DNA of 56,796 nucleotides from a virus (Duplodnaviria; Caudoviricetes): IMG/VR virus record IMGVR_UViG_3300025011_000055, positions 1 to 56,796 of that record; one strand, 5' to 3'. Shown piece by piece: positions 27,672 to 36,033 of this stretch (position 1 is its first letter; each line of letters starts with the position of its first letter). The notes under the pieces were generated by a model. It saw only the letters and a program-made list of their open reading frames with translations, ran no database searches and was not told where the DNA came from. The position numbers and the translations under genes were made by a program.

Positions 27672-28283
27672 ATGATTAAAGAATTAACATACGATGATCT
27701 CCATAAAAGATTTAAATACTTTCCAGATTCAGGAATCTTGATAGATAAAGAAAATGATTCTTTAATTGGAAAGATAAATTATGCTGGATATTTAAACGTT
27801 TTTTTAAATGGAAGACTTTATGGAGTTCATCGTATAGTTTATTTTATGTATTATGGCTATATGCCAAAAGGGCAGATTGATCATATTAATAGAATTAGAA
27901 ATGATAATAGAATAGAAAATTTACGTGAAGTTTTTGCTTCGGAAAATGCTAAAAATAAAGGTAATGGAAAGACAAATAAATCTGGAATTATTGGTATAAG
28001 ATGGCTTGGGCATGTAAAACGTTGGAAAGTCTATATTACTTTTAAAGGAAAATTAATTCATATAGGAAACTTTAAGTTTTTTATTAATGCTGCAAAAGCT
28101 AGATTATATGCAGAAAATATATTTAATTATACTCAGCATACTATTGAGAGTCCAGCAGCAAAATTTTTAAAAAGTATAAACTTTGCTAAATTTTTAGATG
28201 GAGAATCAAATAGTGTTTCATCCGAATGGAGATTTTTTTGTCTTGATCGCAAGAAGATTCTTGATCAACTTGCAAATAGCTAA
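27672..28283 (+). CDS. Free-standing HNH homing endonuclease with AP2-like C-terminal domain
   Basis: HRI...IDHINR.R.DNRIENLR; SG..GI.W...W...I....G.F....A; very AT-rich. Confidence 0.88.
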   Translation: MIKELTYDDLHKRFKYFPDSGILIDKENDSLIGKINYAGYLNVFLNGRLYGVHRIVYFMYYGYMPKGQIDHINRIRNDNRIENLREVFASENAKNKGNGKTNKSGIIGIRWLGHVKRWKVYITFKGKLIHIGNFKFFINAAKARLYAENIFNYTQHTIESPAAKFLKSINFAKFLDGESNSVSSEWRFFCLDRKKILDQLANS

Positions 28284-28347
28284 AAATCTTTATTCACCAA
28301 TCTGGGCATGTCGCCCATTCTACAAACCCCTAATTAGGAGAATCAAA

Positions 28348-28710
28348 ATGAGCATGATCAAAGTAGTTAGCAACCAGGCCAGCAGGGAAATTACCGTAAC
28401 TGAACCGGCAGTCCTGAACCTCGGAACTATCGAGGAAATGGTACAGGCTCTCGGTGAGGATCTTACAGTCAACATGGTAAAGAACCAGCTGAAGGTTTCT
28501 TTCCGCGCAGTTATTCGTCGTAAGCTGGAAGAAAAAGATGACAATAACGAGTTCAGCAATACCGACGAAGCCATCACTGCTGAAGATTTCAGCGACTGGA
28601 AGCCGACCCTGCGCATTACTAAAACTCCCGAGGAGAAAGCTCTGGAAGCACTTGGCAATCTGCCTCCGGAAATTCGTGATGCAGTTCTGGCCCAGTTCAA
28701 CAATCGGTAA
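28348..28710 (+). CDS. Hypothetical protein (distant paralog of the 17817 ORF)
   Basis: AGGAG RBS before 28348; C-terminus KTPEEKALEALGNLPPE. Confidence 0.75.
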   Translation: MSMIKVVSNQASREITVTEPAVLNLGTIEEMVQALGEDLTVNMVKNQLKVSFRAVIRRKLEEKDDNNEFSNTDEAITAEDFSDWKPTLRITKTPEEKALEALGNLPPEIRDAVLAQFNNR

Positions 28711-28719
28711 TTAATTATT

Positions 28720-28820
28720 TGGTGAGTGGCGGAATTGGTAGACGCTATGACATGAGAACCCGACCGATGGTTAGACCAGGTTGTTTCCCAGGGATGCAGG
28801 TTCGAATCCTGCCTCACCAA
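28720..28820 (+). ncRNA. tRNA-like RNA 1 (Leu-type D/T arms, non-canonical 50-nt centre)
   Basis: Acceptor TGGTGAG/CTCACCA, D arm GCG-GAATTGGTAGA-CGC, T arm GCAGG-TTCGAAT-CCTGC. Confidence 0.8.
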
Positions 28821-28835
28821 GATATTAAAGCTTTT

Positions 28836-28945
28836 AACTCTTACTGCCGGAAACGCATTGGATAGCAAGTCCATGCGCACCATTCGACCTGAATTGACAG
28901 GTATCGCCAGCATGACGATGTTGGAATCGGCTTCTTAGTAAAGTT
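28836..28945 (+). ncRNA. Candidate four-way-junction structured RNA
   Basis: Closing stems TTACT/AGTAA and GCCG/CGGC enclose three hairpins. Confidence 0.55.
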
Positions 28946-28964
28946 CAACGAGAGGATTTCTCAA

Positions 28965-29936
28965 ATGAATTTTTACGAAAAAATAGACTATTCTGCATTA
29001 TCTACCTATCTTACGTGTCCACGCAGGTTTCTGTTTCAATATGTAATGCACCTCAAACCTGCCGGACAATCCATTCATCTTGTATTCGGAAGCTGCTGGC
29101 ATTACGGCCTTGAAACCACGTATAACATCTTAATTAAGGATTCTTCACCATCTGTTCTTGATGCAACTGAAACTTCCATCAAAGCCTTCCATAAACTCTG
29201 GAAGCTCGATGGCGAACCATTTTGGAAGAATGAAGATGCAATTTTCCCTAAGTCCCCTGGACATGCAGCCAATATGTATAAGGGTTATTGGGATCGCTTT
29301 CTTGTAAGTGATGTAAAAAATCGCTCAATCCTGGCTGTTGAAGCACCATTTTCTATCGACCTATCTGTAAATGGCTTAAAGCTGCCAAATTATATCGGCC
29401 GCATCGACCTTATCTTTTCCTCTGGTGAGAATGGTATCGATATTCTCGACCACAAAACCGCTAAAGCTATCTACTCTACAACACCACAAACATTTGAAAT
29501 GTCATTCCAGTCAGACGGTTATCTAACCGCTGGCAGAATTTTTTATGATAAAATCCCCACAATTACTTATCGAGTTGCTCTTTGTCAGAAAAGCAAGATT
29601 GACTTCGTACCAATCACAATCAACAAACGCTCCGCTGCAATCGAACACTTCCTGTCTGACCTTTGTCATTATGCAAATGAGATTCAGCAAAACTTAAACC
29701 TTCTTGAAGAAGATAAGATTAACTGCCGGGAACGCTCGGATGTATTGCAATCGTTCCATAGGAATCCAGGCTATGCTTGCACAACATTCAGCTCAGTTTG
29801 TCCTTATTATGATCTTTGCCGGCTTCGAAATAATCCGTTACATTGGATGGAAAAAGCACCGCAAGGATTTATTCATTCTGAATGGGACCCCGAACTTCAT
29901 GAAGCTAAGACGAAACAAAGGTTGAGTGAGGTATAA
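28965..29936 (+). CDS. PD-(D/E)xK (RecB/Cas4-like) recombination exonuclease
   Basis: YS....CPR, G...H, E, GRIDL, DHKT, Q...Y motifs and C-terminal C...C...C. Confidence 0.85.
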   Translation: MNFYEKIDYSALSTYLTCPRRFLFQYVMHLKPAGQSIHLVFGSCWHYGLETTYNILIKDSSPSVLDATETSIKAFHKLWKLDGEPFWKNEDAIFPKSPGHAANMYKGYWDRFLVSDVKNRSILAVEAPFSIDLSVNGLKLPNYIGRIDLIFSSGENGIDILDHKTAKAIYSTTPQTFEMSFQSDGYLTAGRIFYDKIPTITYRVALCQKSKIDFVPITINKRSAAIEHFLSDLCHYANEIQQNLNLLEEDKINCRERSDVLQSFHRNPGYACTTFSSVCPYYDLCRLRNNPLHWMEKAPQGFIHSEWDPELHEAKTKQRLSEV

Positions 29937-29938
29937 TC

Positions 29939-30205
29939 ATGAGCCATTATTCAAATGATCCTGCAATGGTAAGAGTTGATTTCTGGAAACCTTCAGGTAA
30001 GTGGTACACTACTGAAGCTGTAAGATGGACTGCTGGATGGCAAAGAGAATCATGTTTAATTCATGCTGGCTTTGCAAAATCTTTGCGGGGGCATTTTAAA
30101 GATAATCCAGATAGATTATCTGATATGGATGCAACTTGTCTGGAACCTTATCACGAAAATTCACATCCAATTCAACTTAAAGCGGGTAGTTGGAATAAAG
30201 ATTAA
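29939..30205 (+). CDS. Hypothetical protein
   Basis: VRVDFWKPSGKWYT motif; GAGGT RBS. Confidence 0.65.
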   Translation: MSHYSNDPAMVRVDFWKPSGKWYTTEAVRWTAGWQRESCLIHAGFAKSLRGHFKDNPDRLSDMDATCLEPYHENSHPIQLKAGSWNKD

Positions 30206-30210
30206 TCAAT

Positions 30211-30365
30211 TAGGCTGTGGCGGAATTGGTAGACGCCTCTTGAAGTGCTGCAAATAGATATGGAGGTGCCATAAATGGTAACTAAAGGTTGCAGCAACTT
30301 TAGAACTGATCAGCTAGAGTGTACGAACCAGACCTATCATGCAGGTTCGAATCCTGCCAGCCTAT
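30211..30365 (+). ncRNA. tRNA-like RNA 2 (same D/T arms, 104-nt structured centre)
   Basis: Acceptor TAGGCTG/CAGCCTA; D and T arms identical to RNA 1. Confidence 0.8.
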
Positions 30366-30397
30366 TCATTACTAACAATCATTTAAAGGAGTTTTAA

Positions 30398-31204
30398 ATG
30401 AACCCACAAGCAGCTTCAGTACCAAATTTCAATAAAACAAAGCTAGTTGAGAAGAAACGATATTTTGATCTCAAATTCTTGCTGACTGGAAACTCAGGCT
30501 CTGGTAAAACTCATTTTACAGCAACATATACTAAAGGCCCACTTCATTATTATCTTTTTGATAAGGGAGGTGAAAAAACAGTTGAAAAAATCATGGGCAG
30601 CAGGAATGACATTACTATTGATAACTTTTCAGCCAACTCTTTACTCTTCTCTGATTTTTGGCGAACATTCCAGGAGGATGAAAAAAATGGTTTGTTCCAA
30701 TGGTTGAAGGAACAGTCAGGCATGTTAGTGCTGGACTCTCTGACGAATGCAAACAAGAAAGCAATTCATGAAATTGAAAAAAAATCTGGTATTACTCCAA
30801 GCGGCATCGGTAAAAAGATCGACATGAAGATGGGCATGGCGCCTGCGCATTGGGGCCAACTGCTTAATTGGATGAGCACTTTGGTAAGTTCACTCCAGGA
30901 ACTTCCTTGTGCAGTTGCAGTAACAGTTCATCTTCATACTCTTATGAATTCTGATCAAGAAGTAGTAGCAAGGTATCCTGCAGTTAATGGTCAGTTCAGG
31001 CAATTACTTGCTGCTGATTTTGATGAAGCATACTTGCTGACAACACAAGGAACGAAACGGCAAATCTTCTTTACTGAAAAACTTGCATTTGAAGCAAAAT
31101 CTCGTGTATTTGATATGCCAAAGGTTGAAGGAATATCAATGGATCAATTAGCAAACGCATATTTGGCAGGAAAAACAGTTATTCCACAATCCATCTCAGC
31201 GTAA
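30398..31204 (+). CDS. P-loop ATPase, AAA_24/Sak4-like recombination protein
   Basis: GNSGSGKT and LVLDSLT motifs; lies between the exonuclease and SSB-like genes. Confidence 0.8.
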   Translation: MNPQAASVPNFNKTKLVEKKRYFDLKFLLTGNSGSGKTHFTATYTKGPLHYYLFDKGGEKTVEKIMGSRNDITIDNFSANSLLFSDFWRTFQEDEKNGLFQWLKEQSGMLVLDSLTNANKKAIHEIEKKSGITPSGIGKKIDMKMGMAPAHWGQLLNWMSTLVSSLQELPCAVAVTVHLHTLMNSDQEVVARYPAVNGQFRQLLAADFDEAYLLTTQGTKRQIFFTEKLAFEAKSRVFDMPKVEGISMDQLANAYLAGKTVIPQSISA

Positions 31205-31235
31205 CTAATTTAGATTAATTAAAGGAGTTTTAATT

Positions 31236-31436
31236 ATGAAAATTGGATTCAAACCAAAAAGTTATAACGATGTAATTTGTTTTGACATTCCTGATAAAGA
31301 GAATGAGCAATTTATAGATGATATTTTTAATTCTATTTCAGTAAGCTCAGAAGGAGAGCTTGACTTTGTAGTAACGGTTACAGGTAAAAAGCCTAATGAG
31401 GATGACTACGTTAACCCAAAAGATGAAAATAAATAA
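31236..31436 (+). CDS. Small acidic hypothetical protein
   Basis: AAGGAG RBS. Confidence 0.5.
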   Translation: MKIGFKPKSYNDVICFDIPDKENEQFIDDIFNSISVSSEGELDFVVTVTGKKPNEDDYVNPKDENK

Positions 31437-31550
31437 AAAGGAGAAAACAAGACACTCAAAACAAAACTAACAATTAACTAAAAGCAACCAATCTTTGATC
31501 GAAGAATAGTTCTTTGGTCACGCAACAAACAATCTAAAGGAGTATTAACT

Positions 31551-31973
31551 ATGTCTATGATTCCTAATCTGTCCGAAATTCCTGACAAAGCTCCCGTTGA
31601 AGCTGGCGAATATGACTTGACCATCTCTAAGGTTAAAGAAACCAAGTCTCAACGTACAGGCAGGTATGGTTGTCAACTCATTATTAATGTCGACGGAGAA
31701 GATAATGCATCAACTATTTTTCACACTCTCTGGTATGGTAATTACAAAGATTATCAGGGCGATGATGAGGAAAAGAATAACCTCATGTGGAGGATGGTTA
31801 AAGATTTCCTTCGGGCACTTGGGCTTGATCCCGACCAGGAAACTGACGAATCTGATTTGGTCGGCCTCAATTTTACGGCTGAACTCAGTTTTAATGATGG
31901 CATGAGTACAGACGATGATGGTAATCCGATCAAGGTTGGCCAGCCACGGAATGAAATTGCAAGAGTTGTTTAA
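31551..31973 (+). CDS. Putative single-stranded DNA-binding protein (DUF669-like)
   Basis: P..AGEY.L.I, LVG..F.A and RNEI motifs; acidic; recombination-module context. Confidence 0.65.
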   Translation: MSMIPNLSEIPDKAPVEAGEYDLTISKVKETKSQRTGRYGCQLIINVDGEDNASTIFHTLWYGNYKDYQGDDEEKNNLMWRMVKDFLRALGLDPDQETDESDLVGLNFTAELSFNDGMSTDDDGNPIKVGQPRNEIARVV

Positions 31974-31994
31974 TAACGGAGCTTTATGACCAAG

Positions 31995-32109
31995 TTTAAT
32001 TCGATATTAGAGTCTAGTTACCACTTTCAGTTAGCTAGGTCTGACATTGCTGGAACAGTGTCATTCTGAACGAGGCGTTGATGTGACGCCTACAAGATAT
32101 CGGAATAAA
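31995..32109 (+). ncRNA. Second candidate four-way-junction structured RNA
   Basis: TTCGATAT/ATATCGGA closes three hairpins. Confidence 0.55.
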
Positions 32110-32116
32110 TAATAAC

Positions 32117-32190
32117 TTGTCGTTCAAATATGAACGTAACTTTTTAATTAGTTTCGCAAGTATTTGAACGACAACTTTTTATTTTTATTT
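32117..32190 (+). terminator. Terminator-like 14-bp inverted repeat with U-tract
   Basis: TTGTCGTTCAAATA / TATTTGAACGACAA followed by CTTTTTATTTTT. Confidence 0.65.
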
Positions 32191-32263
32191 ATCTTTACTA
32201 AGAATTAATCTGCTAAAATATTAATGTTTAGCAAAGATAAATATCTTACAAAGGAGAATCATT

Positions 32264-32449
32264 ATGTTAATTAAAGAATTAAAAGAAGTTATAAAAGATT
32301 TTCCAGACGATGCTGATATTCTTATACAAAAAAGAATTACTGGTAAGCAGACAATTGTTGCGCCTGTATTAAAAATTAGAACATCTAAAACAGAAACTGG
32401 AAAATCAAGATTAATATTAATTAATGATAAAGAAATAATTATAAAATAA
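32264..32449 (+). CDS. Hypothetical protein
   Basis: AAGGAG RBS. Confidence 0.5.
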   Translation: MLIKELKEVIKDFPDDADILIQKRITGKQTIVAPVLKIRTSKTETGKSRLILINDKEIIIK

Positions 32450-32484
32450 TTCCTAAAAGTAAAATACTTTAAAGGAGATTTGTA

Positions 32485-32823
32485 ATGAGTGAGCAATCTG
32501 ATTATGAAAAATATCGTGGTAAATGTAAAGAATTTTCAGAAGTTTTAATTAAAAAAGATCCAAGTCTTAGATTAGTTAGAGGGCATTACTATTGTCCAAT
32601 ATGGGGTGAGCAAGAACATTGGTGGTGTGAAGATAAGACTGGAAATATAATAGATCCAACGAAAGATCAATTTCCCTCAAAAGGGAGTGGAGAATATATA
32701 GAATTTGATGGAATATGTATTTGTGCTGAATGTGGTACTGAAGTTAAAGAAGAAGATGCTATATTTATGTCAAGGTATCCTGTTTGTTCAGATCGTTGTG
32801 CTAGATCTTTAGTTGGACTATAA
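32485..32823 (+). CDS. Cys/His-rich hypothetical protein
   Basis: HWW...IIDPT motif and C-terminal CAEC..CS..C. Confidence 0.65.
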   Translation: MSEQSDYEKYRGKCKEFSEVLIKKDPSLRLVRGHYYCPIWGEQEHWWCEDKTGNIIDPTKDQFPSKGSGEYIEFDGICICAECGTEVKEEDAIFMSRYPVCSDRCARSLVGL

Positions 32824-32837
32824 TAGAGGAGCTATCA

Positions 32838-33089
32838 ATGGGATCATTTGATACAGTTAATTTTTATTGCCCAGCTTGTGGATCATCAATTCATGTTCAA
32901 TCTAAAGCTGATGAATGTAAAATGAAAGAGTATGATCGTTCTGAAGTTCCATCAAGAATAGCTGTTGATCTATATGGTGAAAAAATTACTTGTTCTTATT
33001 GCAAATCTCTCTTAGAGGTTTCTAATAATATCGGAAAGTTTGTTCCAATGTATTTAAATGTAATAACTTTTGGTGATTATGATGAATAA
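32838..33089 (+). CDS. Zn-ribbon hypothetical protein
   Basis: MG.FD.V...CPAC...QSK...CSYC. Confidence 0.6.
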   Translation: MGSFDTVNFYCPACGSSIHVQSKADECKMKEYDRSEVPSRIAVDLYGEKITCSYCKSLLEVSNNIGKFVPMYLNVITFGDYDE

Positions 33090-34848
33090 AGATCAGCTCA
33101 TAAAAGAAATCTCCCAAGCAAACATGGCTTATGCATCTGGCATACCATTCATGACAGACTCTGAATATGATCTGTTGTGGCAACAACTTCATGCAATAGA
33201 CCCACATAATAATATCCTCTACCATACCGCACAAGGCAGAACAGCTCTGACAGGCAAAACCTGGCACAAACATCCAATCTATGGAACTAACAAAGCATTC
33301 AACATGCTCGACCTCAAGCCATTCCTCACAAGGTTTGGCAGTTACAAACTTCGAATTGAACCCAAATACGATGGATGTGCAGCAGTTATAACCCTCACAG
33401 ATACTGGAATTAACATAACTCTCGAAGGTGACGGCAGATGTGGACGAGACATAACTCATTTAATGCCATACATTACGTTTCCATTTCAGCTTAGGCATTT
33501 TCAGCCAGTTGAGATTCTCATCCCACTGAACGAGTGGAATCCAGATTATGGAGCCAATCCTCGTAATGTAGTTGCAGGCTGGTTAGAACGCAAGTATGAC
33601 AAGCCTTCTGCCCTGATGACAGCGATTCCCCATAATCATGGTAACCTATTTGAAGAATATACCTACTCCGGTAGCTTAGAAGCTATGGGAGATTTTCTGC
33701 TTGAGACATATAACAAATGGTCAAAAATCTATCCGATGGATGGCTTGATGATCAAGGTGGCAGATGAAAAAGTTCGGCTAGTCGCCGGTAATAATGGCCA
33801 AACCAATAACTGGTCGATAGCTTGGAAACCTCCAATCCAAGTTAAAGAAACAAAAGTTGTTAATATAGAATGGAACATTAGTCGCCTAGGTCGGGCAATT
33901 CCAACAGTTGTCTATGAACCAATTGAACTTTGTGGCACTACCAATAACCGCGTAACAGGCAATAATGCAGCTTGGATAATAAATAAAGGAATTACATTTA
34001 ATTCAATTATAACTGTAGGAAAAGCTGGAGAGATAATTCCTAAAATAATTACTGTTAAAGAGCCATCTGAACATGATGCACATTTACAACTTCCAACTGT
34101 TTGCCCAAAATGTAATAATGTATTATCTTGGGATGGTGTACATCTTGTCTGTAATGGTGAAAAATGTATAGCAAAATCAATTGTCTCCATTGCTTACTTC
34201 TACTCTCAGAAAGGAATAAAAATCGACGGAGTTGGTGAAGGCATTATAGAAAAGTTACTATCGAATGAAAAATGTTATTCAGTTCTTAGTACCAAGCCTT
34301 GGGCCTTACTTGATCCACTTAGCTATGATCTTGTACCAGACATAATAAATACAATCGGTGTAACAATTTATAGCAACATCGCTGAACAAGTGTTTTCAAT
34401 GAACAATCAATGCACAATGGCACACTTTGTAGCAGGATTGGGATTGCCCGGACTTGCATATAAGTCCTCTTTGCGGCTTTGTCAATATTTGAAAACTGGT
34501 CAGATTAATATTCACATAACTGATAATGCCAAACGCAGCTTTGTTGAAGCAGCTACTATTTATACTGAAGCAATTAAGGAAATGAAAAACTTTTCATTCG
34601 CCCCATTACCAAGTGAGGCGAAAGCAATTTATTGCATTACCGGATCATTAAGCCAGTCACGAGAAACTATGATTGAAATTTTGAACGGATACGGATTTGA
34701 ATTTTCATCTGGAGTAACTAGAGAAACAAATTATTTAGTTGTCGGAGACGATCCAGGCAGAACTAAGATAGAAAAGGCAACTCGTTACAATATCCCTCAG
34801 ATAACTGAGGAACAACTTTTTACATTACTGCAAAAGGAGCAAAATTAA
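33079..34848 (+). CDS. ligA: NAD+-dependent DNA ligase
   Basis: Y..G...TDSEYD, EPKYDG (adenylated Lys), DGLMIK, AWK, OB fold, CPKC Zn finger and C-terminal BRCT. Confidence 0.92.
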   Translation: MMNKDQLIKEISQANMAYASGIPFMTDSEYDLLWQQLHAIDPHNNILYHTAQGRTALTGKTWHKHPIYGTNKAFNMLDLKPFLTRFGSYKLRIEPKYDGCAAVITLTDTGINITLEGDGRCGRDITHLMPYITFPFQLRHFQPVEILIPLNEWNPDYGANPRNVVAGWLERKYDKPSALMTAIPHNHGNLFEEYTYSGSLEAMGDFLLETYNKWSKIYPMDGLMIKVADEKVRLVAGNNGQTNNWSIAWKPPIQVKETKVVNIEWNISRLGRAIPTVVYEPIELCGTTNNRVTGNNAAWIINKGITFNSIITVGKAGEIIPKIITVKEPSEHDAHLQLPTVCPKCNNVLSWDGVHLVCNGEKCIAKSIVSIAYFYSQKGIKIDGVGEGIIEKLLSNEKCYSVLSTKPWALLDPLSYDLVPDIINTIGVTIYSNIAEQVFSMNNQCTMAHFVAGLGLPGLAYKSSLRLCQYLKTGQINIHITDNAKRSFVEAATIYTEAIKEMKNFSFAPLPSEAKAIYCITGSLSQSRETMIEILNGYGFEFSSGVTRETNYLVVGDDPGRTKIEKATRYNIPQITEEQLFTLLQKEQN

Positions 34849-34849
34849 A

Positions 34850-35059
34850 ATGGAAAATCAGAAGCAATTTAAAAATTATAGAAAAAAGAATGTTCAGCCT
34901 ATGCGGCCATATATACCTGGAGAAGATTTAGCAGGTATTTCAATTAGTCCTGAAGATAATCCAGAGGAAGGAGGAATGATTGCAATTAATCCGAATAATC
35001 CAAATGATAAATGGTATGTTGCAAAGAAGTTTTTTGAAGATAACTATATAGAAGTTTAA
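34850..35059 (+). CDS. Inserted AT-rich phage hypothetical protein
   Basis: YRKK...MRPY.PGE...GGMIA.NP....WYV...FF..NY; AAGGAG RBS. Confidence 0.65.
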   Translation: MENQKQFKNYRKKNVQPMRPYIPGEDLAGISISPEDNPEEGGMIAINPNNPNDKWYVAKKFFEDNYIEV

Positions 35060-35087
35060 TTCTTTTTAACCTTTTATGGGGAACAAA

Positions 35088-35297
35088 ATGCTCAAAGAAG
35101 AATGTAAAGTAACTGCACGAATAGATAAAGACTTGTACGAACAAGTCCAGGAACACTTCCATCATGGACAGCAAACAAAACTGTTCAGGCAAATATTCCT
35201 TTCGCTGAAAAGCATAATTAATGGTGGAAAGCTGAATGAGGTTCTTGATTATATGTATAAGGGTAAGGCATTAACTTTGCCCGGTATAGAGGAGTAA
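35088..35297 (+). CDS. Small RHH-like protein
   Basis: KVTARIDKDLYEQV beta-helix-helix pattern. Confidence 0.55.
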   Translation: MLKEECKVTARIDKDLYEQVQEHFHHGQQTKLFRQIFLSLKSIINGGKLNEVLDYMYKGKALTLPGIEE

Positions 35298-35401
35298 GTG
35301 ATGAATCTTATGAGAGAATACTTAATACTTCAATTTACTATTCAACTTTGTGTTCATGGTGCTTTACTTGTCTATTTTATTCTTTATAAATTGGGATTAT
35401 T

Positions 35402-35728
35402 ATGACCTTTAATGAATATCAAGCCTTAGCAAATTCAACTGACATTTATCCACCAGACAAAGCTCTTGATTGTCACATTCTTGGGCTTGCTAATGAAGCT
35501 GGTGAAGTAGCAGGTAAGCTCAAGAAGATTTATCGTGACAAAGATGGACTTATTTCACCAACTGATGTACTTGAAATATCTAAAGAGCTTGGAGATGTTT
35601 TGTGGTATCTATCTTGTGCAGCCTATGATCTTGAAATAGCACTTGAAGATATAGCAATAATGAATATTAACAAACTTGCTGATCGTAAAGAACGCAACAA
35701 GTTAGGTGGTTCTGGAGATCATAGATAA
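35402..35728 (+). CDS. MazG-like nucleoside triphosphate pyrophosphohydrolase
   Basis: GL..EAGEV...KK..RD, ELGDVLWY and N..KL..R...GSGD.R motifs. Confidence 0.9.
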   Translation: MTFNEYQALANSTDIYPPDKALDCHILGLANEAGEVAGKLKKIYRDKDGLISPTDVLEISKELGDVLWYLSCAAYDLEIALEDIAIMNINKLADRKERNKLGGSGDHR

Positions 35729-35740
35729 GGAAAAGACTCA

Positions 35741-36031
35741 ATGAAACTAACAATCGAAATTACAGAAGAATCAATTCAGCAAGAACTTGAACGTATTGTT
35801 AAAAGAGGTTCAGGTTGTTATCAAGTACAAAGTATTATAAGTAAATCAATACAAACTGCATTAGAGGATAAAATTAAGGCTGATTTTAAACAAGTTCTTT
35901 CTCCTATTGTGGATAATTTTATCCACGAAGAACTTGTAAAAGCTTGTGAGCAAAAAGTTCCTGGATGGGTAAAGAGAAGAGTTAAAGAAATGCTTGAAGT
36001 TGTACGTAAGTCAGACGTTATTGGAGAATAA
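35741..36031 (+). CDS. Hypothetical protein
   Basis: AAGGA RBS. Confidence 0.55.
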   Translation: MKLTIEITEESIQQELERIVKRGSGCYQVQSIISKSIQTALEDKIKADFKQVLSPIVDNFIHEELVKACEQKVPGWVKRRVKEMLEVVRKSDVIGE

Positions 36032-36033
36032 TC

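Noticed and set aside
28836-28945. Hammerhead ribozyme
   Set aside because: GAAAC is present, but there is no unpaired CUGANGA core in the junction.
28965-29936. CRISPR-associated Cas4
   Set aside because: The context (ATPase, SSB-like gene) indicates a phage recombination nuclease; there is no cas1/cas2.
28720-30365. Canonical tRNA-Leu genes, group I intron-containing tRNAs, or tmRNA
   Set aside because: There is no correctly placed anticodon arm, and the inserts are far shorter than group I introns. A D stem is present, with no G3-U70 pair or tag ORF as in tmRNA.
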